DNA from: Spongospora subterranea f. sp. subterranea
Lineage: Eukaryota
Length of the DNA: 55,509 nucleotides
Direction: 5' to 3'
NCBI GenBank assembly: GCA_049724395.1
Contig: JAUGWO010000019.1
Coordinates: 1-55,509, forward strand
Shown here: positions 12,714 through 26,537 of the stretch, piece by piece
Position numbering within the stretch: position 1 is the stretch's first letter
Layout of the letters: every line of letters starts with the position of its first letter
Notes under the pieces: generated by a model
Told to the model about the DNA's origin: nothing
What the model saw: only the letters and a program-made list of their open reading frames with translations
Databases searched by the model: none
Made by a program: the position numbers and the translations under genes

Positions 12714-14103
12714 TCAACCTTTGTTAGGATTTTCGAGTTTGCTGAGCTGTTCTTGACTGGCTTTTTCCACATCGTCATCAACGAACTCGTTGACACCCTT
12801 GATCTCCGGACAGTAGTGCTTCAGCATGCTTTCGATTCCGCTCTTCAGCGTGAGCGACGAGCTCGGACAGCCAACGCACGAGCCCTGCAGCTGAACCATT
12901 ACGTAGCCTATGACAAAAACATGAAATGTCACGTTCAGCGGGATGAAAAAATCACATAGAATGGAAATGGCAACAATAGACGAGATCATGAAATGAGATT
13001 ACCGTCACGAAAGCCATGATAAACTATGTCGCCACCATCTTCTTGAACATAAGGCCGAATTCTCTAAATAAAAGCACGAAAATCAGTAAAGAACAGATCG
13101 ATGAAAATACACAGAACAAGCAATTGCTCCATTGGATGAAAACAAAATCCACCAAGAGAAATAGAAGACACCAGGTAAGCAACTCTGAAAGCAATGGTAA
13201 AAGTGGGGACCAACTGGAAAGACCGATTCACAATAGCACCAATAAGGAACAGCGCGAATTAGCAGCGAATAACATTATACCAGAGAAGATAAGAACACGA
13301 AGAAAAATTGCACGAAAAGGGCAATTGAAAACAAATGCAAAAACGAACAGTTTCAATGAGCTCTTTGATAAGTGCGACAGTATCGGAATCGTCTTCTGAT
13401 ATGAGAGTGCCCTGGTTGGGATCTTCTGAAGCGGAATCTTCACGCACCACAGGCTGGCCGCTGGCGAAGAAATCCTCCATGCTGGCGAAAATATCGGGCT
13501 TCAATAGCGGCCAGCGAGAAGCATCAGAAATTGTGACCGCCACAAAATCCCCTACACCATGGAGCGATAAGTGTCATGAACGTTGACCAACAATACAGTA
13601 GATTTTTTCAGCAACGCGAATTGAATTAGTTGGTGAATTTCTACAACCGATTTATCAGTATCAAGAATAACTCAAACAGCGTTTGCCGGTACCAAATAAT
13701 CAACAAAAAACGACGGTAAGAAAAAAAAGCGACAGATGTTGTTCGCGATTAAAATGTTCGAGATCATGGGGAAAAACAGCAGAAATGACATATGCTGATG
13801 GAGAAATATATGATGACCTGCAATCAAAACGTTCTTCACGTCGGGATGTTTAAACAATGCTCGGGCCAAAGGTGAGGCCTGTGCTGCACGGAAAGACACA
13901 AAATTAGCGGTCGATGACCCCTGTAGAAGCTGTCGCCTGGCAGAGACAAATGTGAGATTGCAATTCTGGTGAGGGATTTCTGTTGTTTGGCAATACCCGG
14001 GAACAAATTTCAGGCTCGATGGGTTCGGTGTCGACTCAACCTGAATAAACAGCGATCGCCAACCCTGACGTAGGCGCCCCAGTGTCGCCCTCAACGGCTG
14101 CAT
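12714..14103 (-). CDS. NFU1: Mitochondrial NifU-like Fe-S cluster scaffold NFU1 (exons 14103-13997, 13936-13818, 13551-13349, 13063-13003, 12907-12714)
   Basis: Arg-rich presequence, then [53 protein letters not shown] and [23 protein letters not shown] (CxxC). All GT-AG junctions splice in frame. Confidence 0.95.
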
Positions 14104-17100
14104 CTTGACGAGGCCCAAACAGGATCTACCGAAATCGCTCGCCAAGTTCAAGTCGCGACTATAGTGTAATCTGTGGCCGCGCAGAGCGCCACCGCACACA
14201 GATGACACATTGTTCCATATTGCGCCACTTCACGGGCTACTCACCATTTATTTACAAAGTAATTTCCAATGTCATTTTGCAGCTGTGATCGTGTTTCACA
14301 ACAGACGGTCTCTCGAATTCCAGCTATGAAATAAACCATTTGTTGCTGTTTTACTCGTTGCACTACCATTTCGAATGTATTCAAGATGCCGTCGCCTTCA
14401 GACCAACCAAACTTGACAATTGCATCGGGGCCCAGGGCGACACCTCAGCGTACAAACTTAGGAAATTGAATCAGATAAGGGTTCGTCAGGCTTCGTCTAC
14501 ACTGCTTCAGTGTGTTCATTTGTCTTTTCCGATGTCGCGACTTGTACAAGAAATTGGAGCGAACAACCACGTTCGACGATGATCTTGGTCGTTATTCCAT
14601 GTGTCGTCCCCATAACTTGACGGTAGGTCAGTTCTGGAGATCGGGTTGAGTTTAGGCACGCGTGACGTTGGGCGATAAGGAAGTGAACGGCTTCAACAGA
14701 AGCTCAGACCTAACGAGCAAACTCCCCCACACCTCGCCATCAATATCAGTTTGGTCTGTTTCGTTGAGTTTGAGATGATATGTTTTGCATTCAATGGCAA
14801 AATTGAGAAGAAACGAATGGTTATCGGACCGCTGGATAAATCAGGTAAGACCGTTGAACCAGCTGTTTTGAACAAAGTTTGGATGAGTCGAGCAAACGTC
14901 TAATCAAATCCGACTTTTCACGATCGACACATCACCAAGTCACCGTTAATGTCGGGCATCAGAGCTAAAAAACAGTTCTTCGAAAGCGACGATGGATATT
15001 GTGGCGTCTGTAAACTAGCACACATGTCTTTGTTGGTCTGGATGGAACAAGGGTTGTTTTCGAAAAGTATTTTCGGTCGAGGAAGCGGCTGTCACTACAT
15101 TTCACGCCCATCACGATGATCGTCGCCATCGAGGTGTCGCCAGTCGTTAGGTTCTTTTGTGGCAACAGCATGAACGTCATTGACAGCTGCTTTCATTTTC
15201 ACTATATAATCTTCATTAACCCAGCCCTTGTCCCAATCGGTACAAGTTTTTCAGTGCCTAATTGCATTGTTGGAGCTCTGAGGCCGATAGTCGGATATTA
15301 TTCAGTGATTTACCATCTTTGATAAAGGGTGACCGTCTCGTTAACAAAACTGACAATGAGAAACGGTCAGCAGTCTCCAACTTCAACACCTTGGCACCAA
15401 ATCCTTTGATTCTCAACTTGGCCTTCTCCGTCCATCCTATCTAGACCGATTTCCCGGTTTGAAGTGAGAAAAAACTCCAATTTCTGCGAGTCGTTTTGCC
15501 GACGTATCAGCGCCGTCTTCGATTGTCGGTTAGTCATTTGTCTACAGTACGACAAATTAGTCGCCGCACAGTATGAGAGAATCTAAGGCTGTTAAAGAAG
15601 CCTGACCTCGCCCGATGAAATGATGTTAACGAGTCAACTTGTGGTAGTCCCCTCGTTCCAAACACTACATCGTTGCAATTAGATTGAAAATACCGACCGA
15701 AGCCGAACTACCGTTGTCATTAATACTACAGCTAAACTACTTGGAATCAACTTACCTTATTGATTTCCTTCTAGACTTGACAGTGATGATTCGTATTCCT
15801 GAAATGGTATTCTTTGCGCATTTAAGGCAGTTAAACCTTCGTTGCTGCCTAGGGCTCTGAGAGATTGCACTAGAAATTGCAGCATATGAATAGCGACGGT
15901 CAATGAAACCTTGCTTGAAAGAATACGTTCTAGTGTACTAGTCGAATTTGATTTGTTTTGGTCAGGCTTCGTTGATGACCATAATTAACCCCAGCAACAT
16001 GGGCACATTCTGCAAACTGATCCGATTGTTCATGGACCATTGATAATAGTATAATCGACAAGGCACAAGCATATTGAGAAAGCAACACGCATTCGAGTTC
16101 CATACTGCAAACTTGGAATTGCTGTGGTTAAATTCTTATCATGATTACAGACCCAATGTGCCAGTCGACGATCATGTACTGTCTAGTTAACCCTTGTTTT
16201 ATCTTGCAGCAACTCAAACTTGGTAGGTTAAAACTGAAATTTTAAGAATGGCGCTGGGTTTACAATAAAAATGCACCGTGTTCCTTGGAGTATTTGCTAA
16301 TCGCTGCTGTAGTGAGACGAGGCTCTTTTAAAGCAGAACGCGGTCCAATGATCCAGGCCAATTATGCTTGGGCCGTATATCAGCGTGTGGTGATTGTGTA
16401 CAGAATACGAGAAGGGCAGGGACATGAGAAGGCGAGAGATAGAGAAAGGGCGAGAACACAAGAGGAATGGATTCAAGTGGGGAGTATTTGAAGGTTGTGA
16501 TTGGCAACTTGGCACCAGAGGACGGTCAGGCACTACATCCCCCAAAAGGATCGCACCCTACTTCTATTGTCCTCTACATGAATACATTCGATTTATTGGG
16601 TCATGGTGAACATTTCACTTCACACTTTCGCCAGCTAATTGATTTTGGAAATGTGTATGTGAATCCGCATTCCACAATGGGCCTCCAATGAGTTTTGCGC
16701 TGATGAACCTAGGGCAAAGCGGAATCGTCGGTCAGTTGTTGATCTTCGAGTGTACCAAACTAATTTCTCGAAACGTCCGGTTTATCCGATTGCCTATTCA
16801 GCGGGCACTTATCTGAAGGCGCGTTCATGCCGTTTCAATGCTTTGAAAGGTTTTTGGCAGTTTCACCGGCTTCGATTGCTCCAGATGTCGCTATGAGTGC
16901 TCCATCATATCGAATCTTGATAAATATCGGTGCCACATGATGGTATCAGTGGTGTCCAGAATCCAGCACCTCGATAATGAGGTTGGACATATTTGCGGTT
17001 GAGCATGACTCCTGGATGTGATTAACCTAATACCGATCTTGGAAATCACGGATCGCGTCATGTGGTACCGATAAACTCTCAATACACAATACGAAAGGAG

Positions 17101-17600
17101 CCCTTTCATCGATACCATACAAAAATCGAGCGAGTGTTAATCAATACCAAGTGACAACGTTTGCAACAATCCAATTCTCAACTGACAGCCTTGACAAGAC
17201 AGAATTTCCATCGCCCATCCATAAAATGACTTCAAAAACCTCTCCCAGACAACTTCATGGTTGTGTGGCGATATTTTGAACTAAGCCATCCAAAACAATT
17301 TCGTGTTTACTGATCGATGGAAACTTCCTTGAAATAATCCAAGATCTGGACCCGTTTCCGCAAGAGTCAAATGTAAGGGGCTAAAAGGGCGCAATATTCG
17401 ACCGATCACGGTGATTTCAGTCCGGAACTACACTGGAGTGTACATGTGTACTGAGCGCCAATGTGAGTGGTCGACCGCACCTGACAAATAGTGCGCTTGT
17501 TCGATAGCGGAGTAAGCGGAGGCCGCTACGGCGAGTCTCTCACGATTGTCTGACTCAATATCATCGTTTGCAGCATAATCCTTATTAATTCGAATAAGGG

Positions 17601-20600
17601 ATGAACGCGTCATCCCTGGCTCAGGACCTGTCGTTCCTGTCGTTCGGGGGCGTCGATGACCATCGTCCGCTGGACGACGATGACGACGATGACGAGACCG
17701 AGGAACAGGTGACCTTGCCGCCGCATGCCTGCAGCTATTGCGGGGCCCACAATCCCGCCTGCGTGGTCCAATGTCGAACTTGCCAGCTGTGGTTCTGCAA
17801 TGGCAGCAATGGGACTGGTGGATCCCACATCATCTCGCATCTCGTCCGCAGTAAACACAAACGTGTCTCACTGCATCGAGATTCGCCCTTAGGCGATACG
17901 GCACTGGAATGCTATAACTGTTCGTGCAGTAATGTGTTCCTTTTAGGGTTTATTCCCGCCAAGCAGGTTTGTTCGTCTCGCAGACAGCTCTTCTTGTTGC
18001 GCGCGTGATGATTCAGCTCTTCTGATTTTTTTTTTCAGGAATCAGTCGTAGTTCTGCTCTGCCGTGAACCGTGCCTGAACATGTCCTCGATCAAAGAGAT
18101 GAATTGGGATGTTGATCAGTAATTTTTATCATATTTTGTGGGCTTTGTCTCTGGGTTTCTGACGGCCCTGGTAGATGGCTGCCGCTTATCAGTGATCGGT
18201 GTTTCTTACCATGGCTCGTGCAGCATCCCTCTGAAACTGTGCGTAATTTTATTTTCAATTTTTTCCGCTTTCGATTTGCTGTCGGATCAAATGATTGCTA
18301 CCGTTTTAACGTGTCTTACCGATCTAATTTGATCTGAATTTGTAGGAGATGCTCGCTGCTCGCAGCGTCTCAGCTCAACAAATATCCAAACTGGAAGAGT
18401 TACGTCAGACCAAACCAGATGCCACCTTAGACGATCTCGAACGCCCCGGCGTTGATGATGAACCCGAGCCAGTTCAGGTACTCTTTTTTCTAATTGAAGT
18501 CTTTTTTTTTGTGAAGACTTGCTCTAGGTTCGATACACTGATGCGTATCAGTATCAGCGCGTGTTTGATACTTTGATAAAACTTGAGGGCGATTACGATA
18601 GACGCATGAAAGAATCGCAGACGCAATTAGGCATCAATGTGAAATGGGATATCGCCCTTAATACACATTTACTAGGTATGCTTGTAATTCATCAGCAGCT
18701 CGTTCAAATGTTTGTCTCATGCTGTGGTTGCGCTGTTTTACGATTTCTGTGTTCACTGCATTCGTCGTGTTCTTGCTCCGGTCTTTAACTAAGGGTGCAA
18801 ATTTTCAAATAGTGTTGTGCATGCCATTGGAATGTCAAACTTACCTTCCACACAGTCTATTTCCAACTCAGTCGACGGGATGGTCCCGAGCTCAAAGTTG
18901 TGATTGGAGATGAACTTGTGCTGCGTTATCCTGGAGACGGTGCTCGTGGTCCATGGGAGTGTCGTGGGCAGGTACAGTTGTCTGTAAATATATTTTAAAT
19001 ATCGGAGGCACCAATCAGTTTACAGTTCATTACCTTCACATAATCGATAGACTGTTTTCTTACTTGTTTGCTCAGGTTACGCAGATTACTTTGAACGAAG
19101 AGGTGGTCTTAGAGCTGAAGTCCAAGAAAGATGCTCCAACCGATCAAACTTTTGGATTTAGTGTTGATTTCGTATGGAAGCCTACCTCTTTCGAGCGCAT
19201 GCATATGGCTCTTAAACGATTTCTTTTGGATGAATATTCATTAACTGGTCAGAACTTGAATTTCTTACTGAATGTTCAAGCCACTCTTTTTGTTATTGAG
19301 TATTCTGTTCAACGGAGTTTACAAACTGTTGTTATGGTTTATAATTTCGTTTTATTCGCATTAAATGTTTCCTTGGCTGTGTAAATCATAGTTTCGCCAA
19401 TATCATTTCCGGGAGCGTGGACGCTCTCCTTAACTCCAGTTTCCTTATTTTCCGTCTCAGGCTACTTGTTTCACTTGATTCTTGGCCATGATGTCGAACC
19501 TCAGACAATTCGAGGAGCCTTGCTTCCGACAGACTTATCGGCTCCTAATATTCCAATGCTTAATCCATCTCAAATTGCAGCTGTCAAATCAGTGATCCAA
19601 AAGCCCTTGTCTCTTATTCAGGTAGATTCTTGTTTTCTTCATATACCCAGGTCGCTTTTTACGTCGTCATTACCTGCGTCCTTAAATCTTGAATTTTGCT
19701 ATGGTTGTTTTTAGTCCTTCAGAGGGCTATTTCGTCAATTAGACATCCGATGTCAAATTCATTGCTCTTTCCTGATTGTAGGGTCCTCCTGGAACCGGTA
19801 AAACTGTTAACTTCCGCCACTATTGTTTACCACCTATCGCAACGTAACCAAAAGTCAGGTATTACAAAAGGCAGTTGCTTTTGCTTTTCGTTGTGCTAAA
19901 TTCAAAAAAATTCTAGGTCAAGTCCTTGTTTGTGCTCCTTCGAACATTGCCGTTGATCAGCTCGCGGAGAAGATTCACCTTACAGGGCTGAAGGTTGTAC
20001 GTTTGTGTGCTAAGTCACGAGAAGCCGTTGATACGCAAGTCAAATTTCTGACCTTACACGATCTGGTTCGCACCTTAGCGTCTCAGAACAATAACGAACT
20101 TCACAAGCTCACATTGCTCAAGGTATTTTTTCAAATTTGCTGTGCCCTCTTGTTTTTGAATTCTCTTTTCATCTGGAATTTTTTCATCAGCAAACGTGAA
20201 AATCGTTCTCTCAACTGGTTTCAAATTTCTGAGTCGTTGTTAGTTTCGGTTTTCTTGAGTAGCCCCATCTGCTTCTAACCTATGACTTCAGGATCAATTG
20301 GGTGAATTATCCTCCCGCGATGAAAAACGTTTCAAACACCTCAATCGAATTGCGGAGCGAGAAATTTTGCAAAATGCTGACGTGATATGCTGCACGTGTG
20401 CCGGCAGCGGTGATCCCAGGTTGAAAAATTTCAGGTCCGTGCTGTACTGTTTGTCAACCCAAGATCATTGTTATTTGTAAGGATTTGTTCATGCCATGTT
20501 CGTGCTTAGGTTCCGTCAAGTCCTTATCGATGAATCTACTCAAGCAACCGAACCGGAGTGCTTGGTCCCCATCGTTCGTGGTGCTAAACAGGTTCGGCAT

Positions 20601-23023
20601 CTTTTTTGTTTACCTTCGTATTTTCCATCACATCTCTGCAGTCAACGTTTTTGAATCTGCGCAATCATATATTTTTTTTAATTTTGGATTTTTTCAGGTT
20701 GTTCTAGTTGGAGATCATTGTCAGCTTGGCCCTGTTGTGATGTGCAAAAAGGCGGCCCAAGCAGGATTCGACCGCTCTCTTTTTGAACGACTAATATTGT
20801 TGGGTATTCGCCCCATTCGTTTACAGGTAGGTTGATTCGTAGGTTTCCCTTCATTGTTGCCCAGAGTAGTCGTATCCTTAATTTGAATGGTTATGTGTTT
20901 AACTCCAGTCTTTGATTCTACGTTGAGGTTTTTGTGATTTGGCACATTTTTTCCAGTTTTTTTTTCTTTCATTTTTTGTTGTTTGGAGCTTCTGTATTCT
21001 TGAATTCAATTTTCGTTATTGTCCTGTTTAGGTCCAATACCGGATGCATCCCTGCCTATCGCTGTTCCCTTCTACCACCTTTTACGAAGGTAGTCTGCAG
21101 AATGGAGTTACCGAAGAACAACGGCTGCAGCTTGATGTAGGTGGTTTCATTGTGGGAGTCTTGCTTTTTCGTTTAAGTGCCAACATTCGTAAATTCAACG
21201 TGTTCATAGTTTGCGACTGACGCAACAATTCTGTTCAAAATACTCAACTCTTCGATTGTTTTTTATCAACTTTCTTTTTGCTCATCGTATTTTTTTTGTG
21301 AATGGACCTTCGGTTTACAGCTCCCTTCGTTTTCAGATTAGTTTCCCGTGGCCCATTCCAGACCAGCCAATGATGTTTTACGCTGCCAATGGGCTCGAAG
21401 AGCTGTCTTCCTCCGGTACCTCTTATTTGAACCGAATTGAGGCGACCATGGTCGAGAAGTTGGTCACCACATTCCTCAATGGTGGCTGCAGCCCAGATCA
21501 GGTTTTTTTTTTCGACTTCATGGACCGTGCTTCCGTAAGTTTTTTTTGATCAGATCGGCGTTATTACGCCTTATGAAGGTCAACGTGCTTTCATTGTCTC
21601 ATACATGTTACGAAGGTAAATCATTCGCGTCCCGTTCTAACTCACTATGCTGATGTTGTAACAGCGGTCCATTACGTAAATCGCTTTACGAAGCCATTGA
21701 AGTGGCAAGCGTGGACGCATTCCAGGTCTGCCTCTCATTTTGTTTTGTTATTGGTTTCAATCAAATCAGTTTTTCGTGTTCTTGGTTTTTTTATTTCTGC
21801 CGTCGTTTGAAGCAGGTTTTAAATCCTAATTCATGTTCCTTTTCTTTTTCTGAATTCAGTCGCATAGGGTCGAGAGAAGGATTACATTATTATGTCAAGT
21901 GTGCGAAGTAACGAAGCACAGGTTTGGAAATTGATATATATATTTTTTTGTTCTGCTGATCTTCTCATTTTGGTCTTGTTCATAGGGTATCGGTTTTCTC
22001 AATGATTCCGCGACGTCTCAATGTTGCCCTGACTCGGGCTAAATTCGGCCTGGTCGTACTTGGCAATCCGCGCGTTTTATCGCGTTCCGTTTTGTGGAAT
22101 AATTTATTGCATCATTTCAAAGAGTGTGACACCCTTGTAGAGGGACCTATCAACAACTTACAAGTTTCTGTTATGAAGTTTGACCGGCCCAGAAAGTACC
22201 TCAATAGGTCTGTTATTTTAAAAACCACATTGTTGCTTCAAATCAATTTCAATCTCACTGTTGTTTTTGCATCTGTGTCTTCTAGTTAGGTTTGCTGCTT
22301 GTTTCTTTTCCGCTTTTGACTGATGGTTCAGGTTCATGCCATTCCGGAGTGGAGGCTCTGCAGAGGAGGGTCCTGAAGACATGTCGGCCGCCGCTGACGC
22401 TGATGATTATTCACGCGACCTTCCGTCTGGTGGCCGAGGCGCTCCAGATAGTGCTGCTCGTCGTCCGATTGGGTTGGTTCACACGTTTACTGCACCTTCC
22501 TTCTTTAAGCTGCCTGAATTTTCATTTGTAATTTTTTTTCCTCTAGCTTTATCGCGATGCTGCATACTGCACCAAGGTTAATGTATTTAGATCTGACTTT
22601 GATATTGTGCTCAGTCCTTCGAATGGCGTGTCTCGTCCATCGGGTACCTATATGACCTCCGCACATCAGTCGATGATCGGACAGACCGGTTCCAACGGCA
22701 ATGTCTATGCTTCTCACGGTTCGGCGCCTGTCTATGCGTACGCGCACCCCGGTGTCATCGACCCATCTGTGTCGCATCGTCAGCGACAACGCCCTATGCC
22801 GTCCAATGCGAACAGCGTTCCTCCTCCTTCCTCAACTGCACAGTTAATGACACAGGTACTTCAAAACTGTGTTGCTTTTTTACACGAATATTGTTTGTTG
22901 ACATTTTTTTTTTCTATTTGCTTATTTTCCAATTTCGCTTAGGAAACCTGCGGATCTCTACAATCCCAGTTGGATGACGATTATGGTCTGAGCCAATCGC
23001 AGGATCTCGACGATCACTTTTGA
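17601..23023 (+). CDS. UPF1: Regulator of nonsense transcripts 1 (UPF1 SF1 RNA helicase), ~21 introns; apparent +1 indel at 19807-19810
   Basis: CH domain HACSYCG…WFCNG…[12 protein letters not shown]…LECYNC. Walker A GPPGTGKT, then [59 protein letters not shown] and [11 protein letters not shown]. The last exon 22943-23023 ends …[11 protein letters not shown]. Confidence 0.97.
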
Positions 23024-24029
23024 ATCGTTGGTCGGGACAAGACTGCATCTATTTGCGGCCTTATTGTTTCGTATGGCCCAACATACGTACTGCCGATTTG
23101 TCGTATGTGTGCTTTCTTGTTCTGTTAACGGGTTTACGACGGCGGCTCCGTGGTTGGGGTCCGATGCAATGAACTTAATAAATCATTAAAGATTTATCAA
23201 ACCTTTTCAAATGGTATTTTTTCGCGGCATACCATTTCCCAAAAAACAGCATGGCTTTCTGATGAATATTTGAACTGTTCTTCTTAGTTCGTCCGATTCG
23301 ATAAACCCCATATCACATACGCTGTCTCCACAGTTCGCAATGGCAGTTCTGGTTTATATTTGCTGTCAGACAAGGATATATCAACGCAATAATTGCACTA
23401 CCCAAATGACAGCAAAGGGGAAAGAAACGAATCCGAATCAACCGCCTGCGATTCAGCTCCACATCAATGAACCCACGGCTTCACCTCAATGACTTTGCAG
23501 AGATGGCTCAGGCCTAACAAGTTCTCACGCGCTGGCACTCCCTTACCCAGATATCCCTTGGCAAAGGGATTCCCATTCCCTTGAACTACATCGATGCCTT
23601 CCCAATCGAATTTCGCTTTATCTTCTTGATCACATTAGTTCCAAACAAAGCGTGCCCTACTCAAGAGCCATTCACTTTTGCAGTTGATTCCCTATGAATT
23701 CAGACACTCCTCCTCAAACACGTTGCGCTGCCCGAACTGAGCGTTGCGCAGGTCGGGACAGAATGGATGGCGATCACTGTCTGGAAACAAGGGCGTCGAC
23801 AGATCTCAAAAATTCGTTCAGGGCCTTGTGAAGAAGGTTAACGGCAACCAGGACGTCCAGATTCGCAACTGAGGCGATGAGTCCACAACAGGTTTATTGT
23901 CTATTGGTTCATTGGGATTACCTGGATAGGACGTGAAGATTGATTACAGTTGATAGTGAACCAGTCATAGTGGGTCGATCACAGACAGTCACTTGATTGA
24001 ACACAAATAAGTTCAACAGAGCAAATTAC

Positions 24030-24762
24030 ATGGTCGATTATCAAAAATGGGAAATAATGGCAAAACAAGAGGAACAAAGGGAGCAGGAGGAACTAGAGGC
24101 ACTGAAGGCCGAACGGCATAAAGCATATATAAAATCACAGGAAGAAAAGGCCAAGAAGTTGGGCCATCAACACGATCCTAATCAGCGCATGTCGACGTGC
24201 GGTTGCTCCCTATACTGATCCAGCGAAAGCAGCAGCCGCAAATACCGACGACATGCCTCTGGCCGAAAGAAATCTGTTGAAAATCGAGGCGATCAAGGCG
24301 GCGAAAACCGATGGAAACCGCCTATTCAAAGAAGGGAATCTGGAGCTGTGCGCGAAAGTCTACGAACGTGGGACGTTGATCTGTAATGGAGCGTACGGAA
24401 TGACCGACGCCCAAACCGATCAGGTCCAGGAGCTGGAGCTGCTCCTCGACCTGAACATGGCCCAAGTTCGTCTGCGCCAGCAGCAGTGGACGGAGGCGAT
24501 CTCGCAGTGCAAGATGGCGCTGAGCCTAGATCCGCAATGCGTTAAGGCGCACTTCAGAATCGCGTTGGCCTACCAGGGCATGGGCGAGTACGATCTGGCC
24601 AACCAGGCGCTGGACAAGGCCATGGCGTGCGCCAAGTTAACCGAGCAGAAGGCGATGATCGCTGGCAAACGCGAACAGATCGCGCTTCTGACGAAAAAGC
24701 AACTGAAACAGGAGCGGCAAACCCTACGAGAAATGTCACTGCGATTGCATAAAAATCAATGA
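24030..24762 (+). CDS. TPR-domain co-chaperone-like protein (FKBP/Cyp40-type TPR clamp); +1 indel at CCC 24208-24210
   Basis: Cdc37-like start MVDYQKWE. Removing one C joins ORF 23997..24218 to ORF 24253..24762 (KTDGNRLFKEG…LNMAQVRL…ALSLDPQCVKAHFRIALAY). Confidence 0.8.
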
Positions 24763-24830
24763 TGAATATCCGAATAATGGCGTTGCCTCGAGTTTATTTA
24801 AGACGGATGGGTTTTGGGAAAACAGATGGA

Positions 24831-25265
24831 TCATGCACGAGCGGCCCCTCGAATGCGTCTGGCCAAATGTATGTCTCTTGGCATGATCGTCACTCTCTTC
24901 CCATGGATGGCGCACAGGTTGCTGTCTTCGAATAGATGGACGAGATAGGCCTCAGCCGCTTCTTGCATCGCCATCAGCGCCTCCCCTTGCCATCGCCATT
25001 CTCCACCGGAATGTGACGAAAAATGTGCCGACGCAATTTCGCGGACCAGACGCGCGAAAGGCAGCCGTCGCAGCAACAGCTGGGTCGACTTTTGGTATTT
25101 CCGGATGTCCATCAAGGCTCTAGTTCCCGGGCGGTATCGGTGCGGCGGCTTGGGGGTTGCGGGAGCGGCAACTTTGGCCTGTTTCCGTGGCGTCTTTAGC
25201 ACCAGAGATTTACGGGGCTTTTTGGTTGGTGTTTTCGGTTTGGCGGTCAATTTCGTCCTGGCCAT
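24831..25265 (-). CDS. CENH3: Centromeric histone H3 variant (CenH3/CENP-A), 144 aa, intronless
   Basis: Starts MARTK but the tail is divergent. The histone fold shows CenH3 hallmarks: Q68 replaced (LPFARLVRE), longer loop 1 ([12 protein letters not shown]), W at the F84 position (RWQ), T107 replaced (FEDSNLC). Confidence 0.88.
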   Translation of the reverse strand: MARTKLTAKPKTPTKKPRKSLVLKTPRKQAKVAAPATPKPPHRYRPGTRALMDIRKYQKSTQLLLRRLPFARLVREIASAHFSSHSGGEWRWQGEALMAMQEAAEAYLVHLFEDSNLCAIHGKRVTIMPRDIHLARRIRGAARA

Positions 25266-25783
25266 CGTGACGTCGAATTTGGCCCCTTTGCCACGATGTG
25301 AAATATTCCAACCGATGAGGGTAACGCCACCCACCAATCAATATAAGTAGTACGATAAATTTGCGCCAAGAAATTTGCGACTGTGAGGAGGCGGCGCCAC
25401 ATTAACTGCTCACCTAGCACCCGGCACAGTGTGTGTGTACATAGACCAATTCCACGCCAAAAAACGCGCCATTTTAACGTGAGGTTCTGTCTGCGTTGCA
25501 TTAGACCGCAATGCAGAACATGATGCCTGGAAACCAGTATACTTTTCCAAAGCAAAACTATTGAGTTTGAATATTCGACAATATGGGGACACAAATTGCT
25601 CTGCTACATGAGCGATAAATAAGAACAAGTAAACTCCCACAAAACATTAATTTTGCAGAAAAAATACATTATGAGGCAAATCAAAATAGGCAACAGGGCG
25701 GATAGACATCAAAATTTTGGGGGAAAATGCTGCTGGTCAGCGACCATGTATTGAAGCTGGGCAGATCTATGGGCAAATGACGG

Positions 25784-26537
25784 TTAATCACGTTGAGAAA
25801 TTGCTTGTAGATGAGCCTCAATTTGGTCTCCAGTTAGGACGGTGAACCTTTCCTGGTTTAACGCCTTTGCGGCAGACCGCAACCTCAATGTCGGTGGCTT
25901 TCAAGTCGCTGCCGATGACCGTTTGCAAAGAAACAACCGCGGTCTGCATTGCCTGTTCGTAGGTCATGGTATTGGCTTCTTGCGCTTTTAAAGCCTTTTC
26001 CAAAAGGTTCGATGCTTCCTGTTCTTTCTGACCGGCCGTGCACGCTTTGAACCCAGAAAAATGGCCAGCTGGATCACAACGATAAAGTGATGGGCCATTC
26101 TCATCATCGATTTGAGCTAAAATACAAACAACTCCTAGTGCTCGTTTAAAGGCATGTTGGGTGAATAATTGGGAATAGTCGGCGAGACGCTGGGCGAGAA
26201 TGGCGACAGGCATTTCATAGCCGTTTTTGTACTTGAAGCCACCGGCTTGTGATCGCGCATATTGAACCAATGAGACAGCGTCGGCGTACAGACCAGTCAG
26301 CATCGCGCCAATCGTTGGCGAAATTGCAAACATGTGAGTGACCGAAGTCGGGTCCAATAACACATCAGGAACCTTTTTCTGGCAAACAAGAACGACGGAG
26401 TCGGCACCTCGAACACCGACGCAAGTCAGGGCCGACGCTTTCACCGCCTTGAACGCATATTCAACTTGATAGAGACGCCCCTCCGGCGAAAAGATGGTGA
26501 TCTGGCGATCATATCCAGCCGATGATCCACGAGACAT
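25784..26537 (-). CDS. PSMA6: 20S proteasome subunit alpha type-6 (alpha1); +1 indel at 25847-25848
   Basis: MSRGSSAGYDRQITIFSPEGRLYQVEYAFKAV. Removing one G restores the conserved C-terminus FTVLTGDQIEAHLQAISQRD* (TAA at 25786-25784). Confidence 0.95.

Noticed and set aside
14300..17500. Possible decayed coding sequence and a purine-rich LTR-like stretch (~16400-16470)
   Set aside because: There are stops in all frames, and no paired LTR or diagnostic motif.
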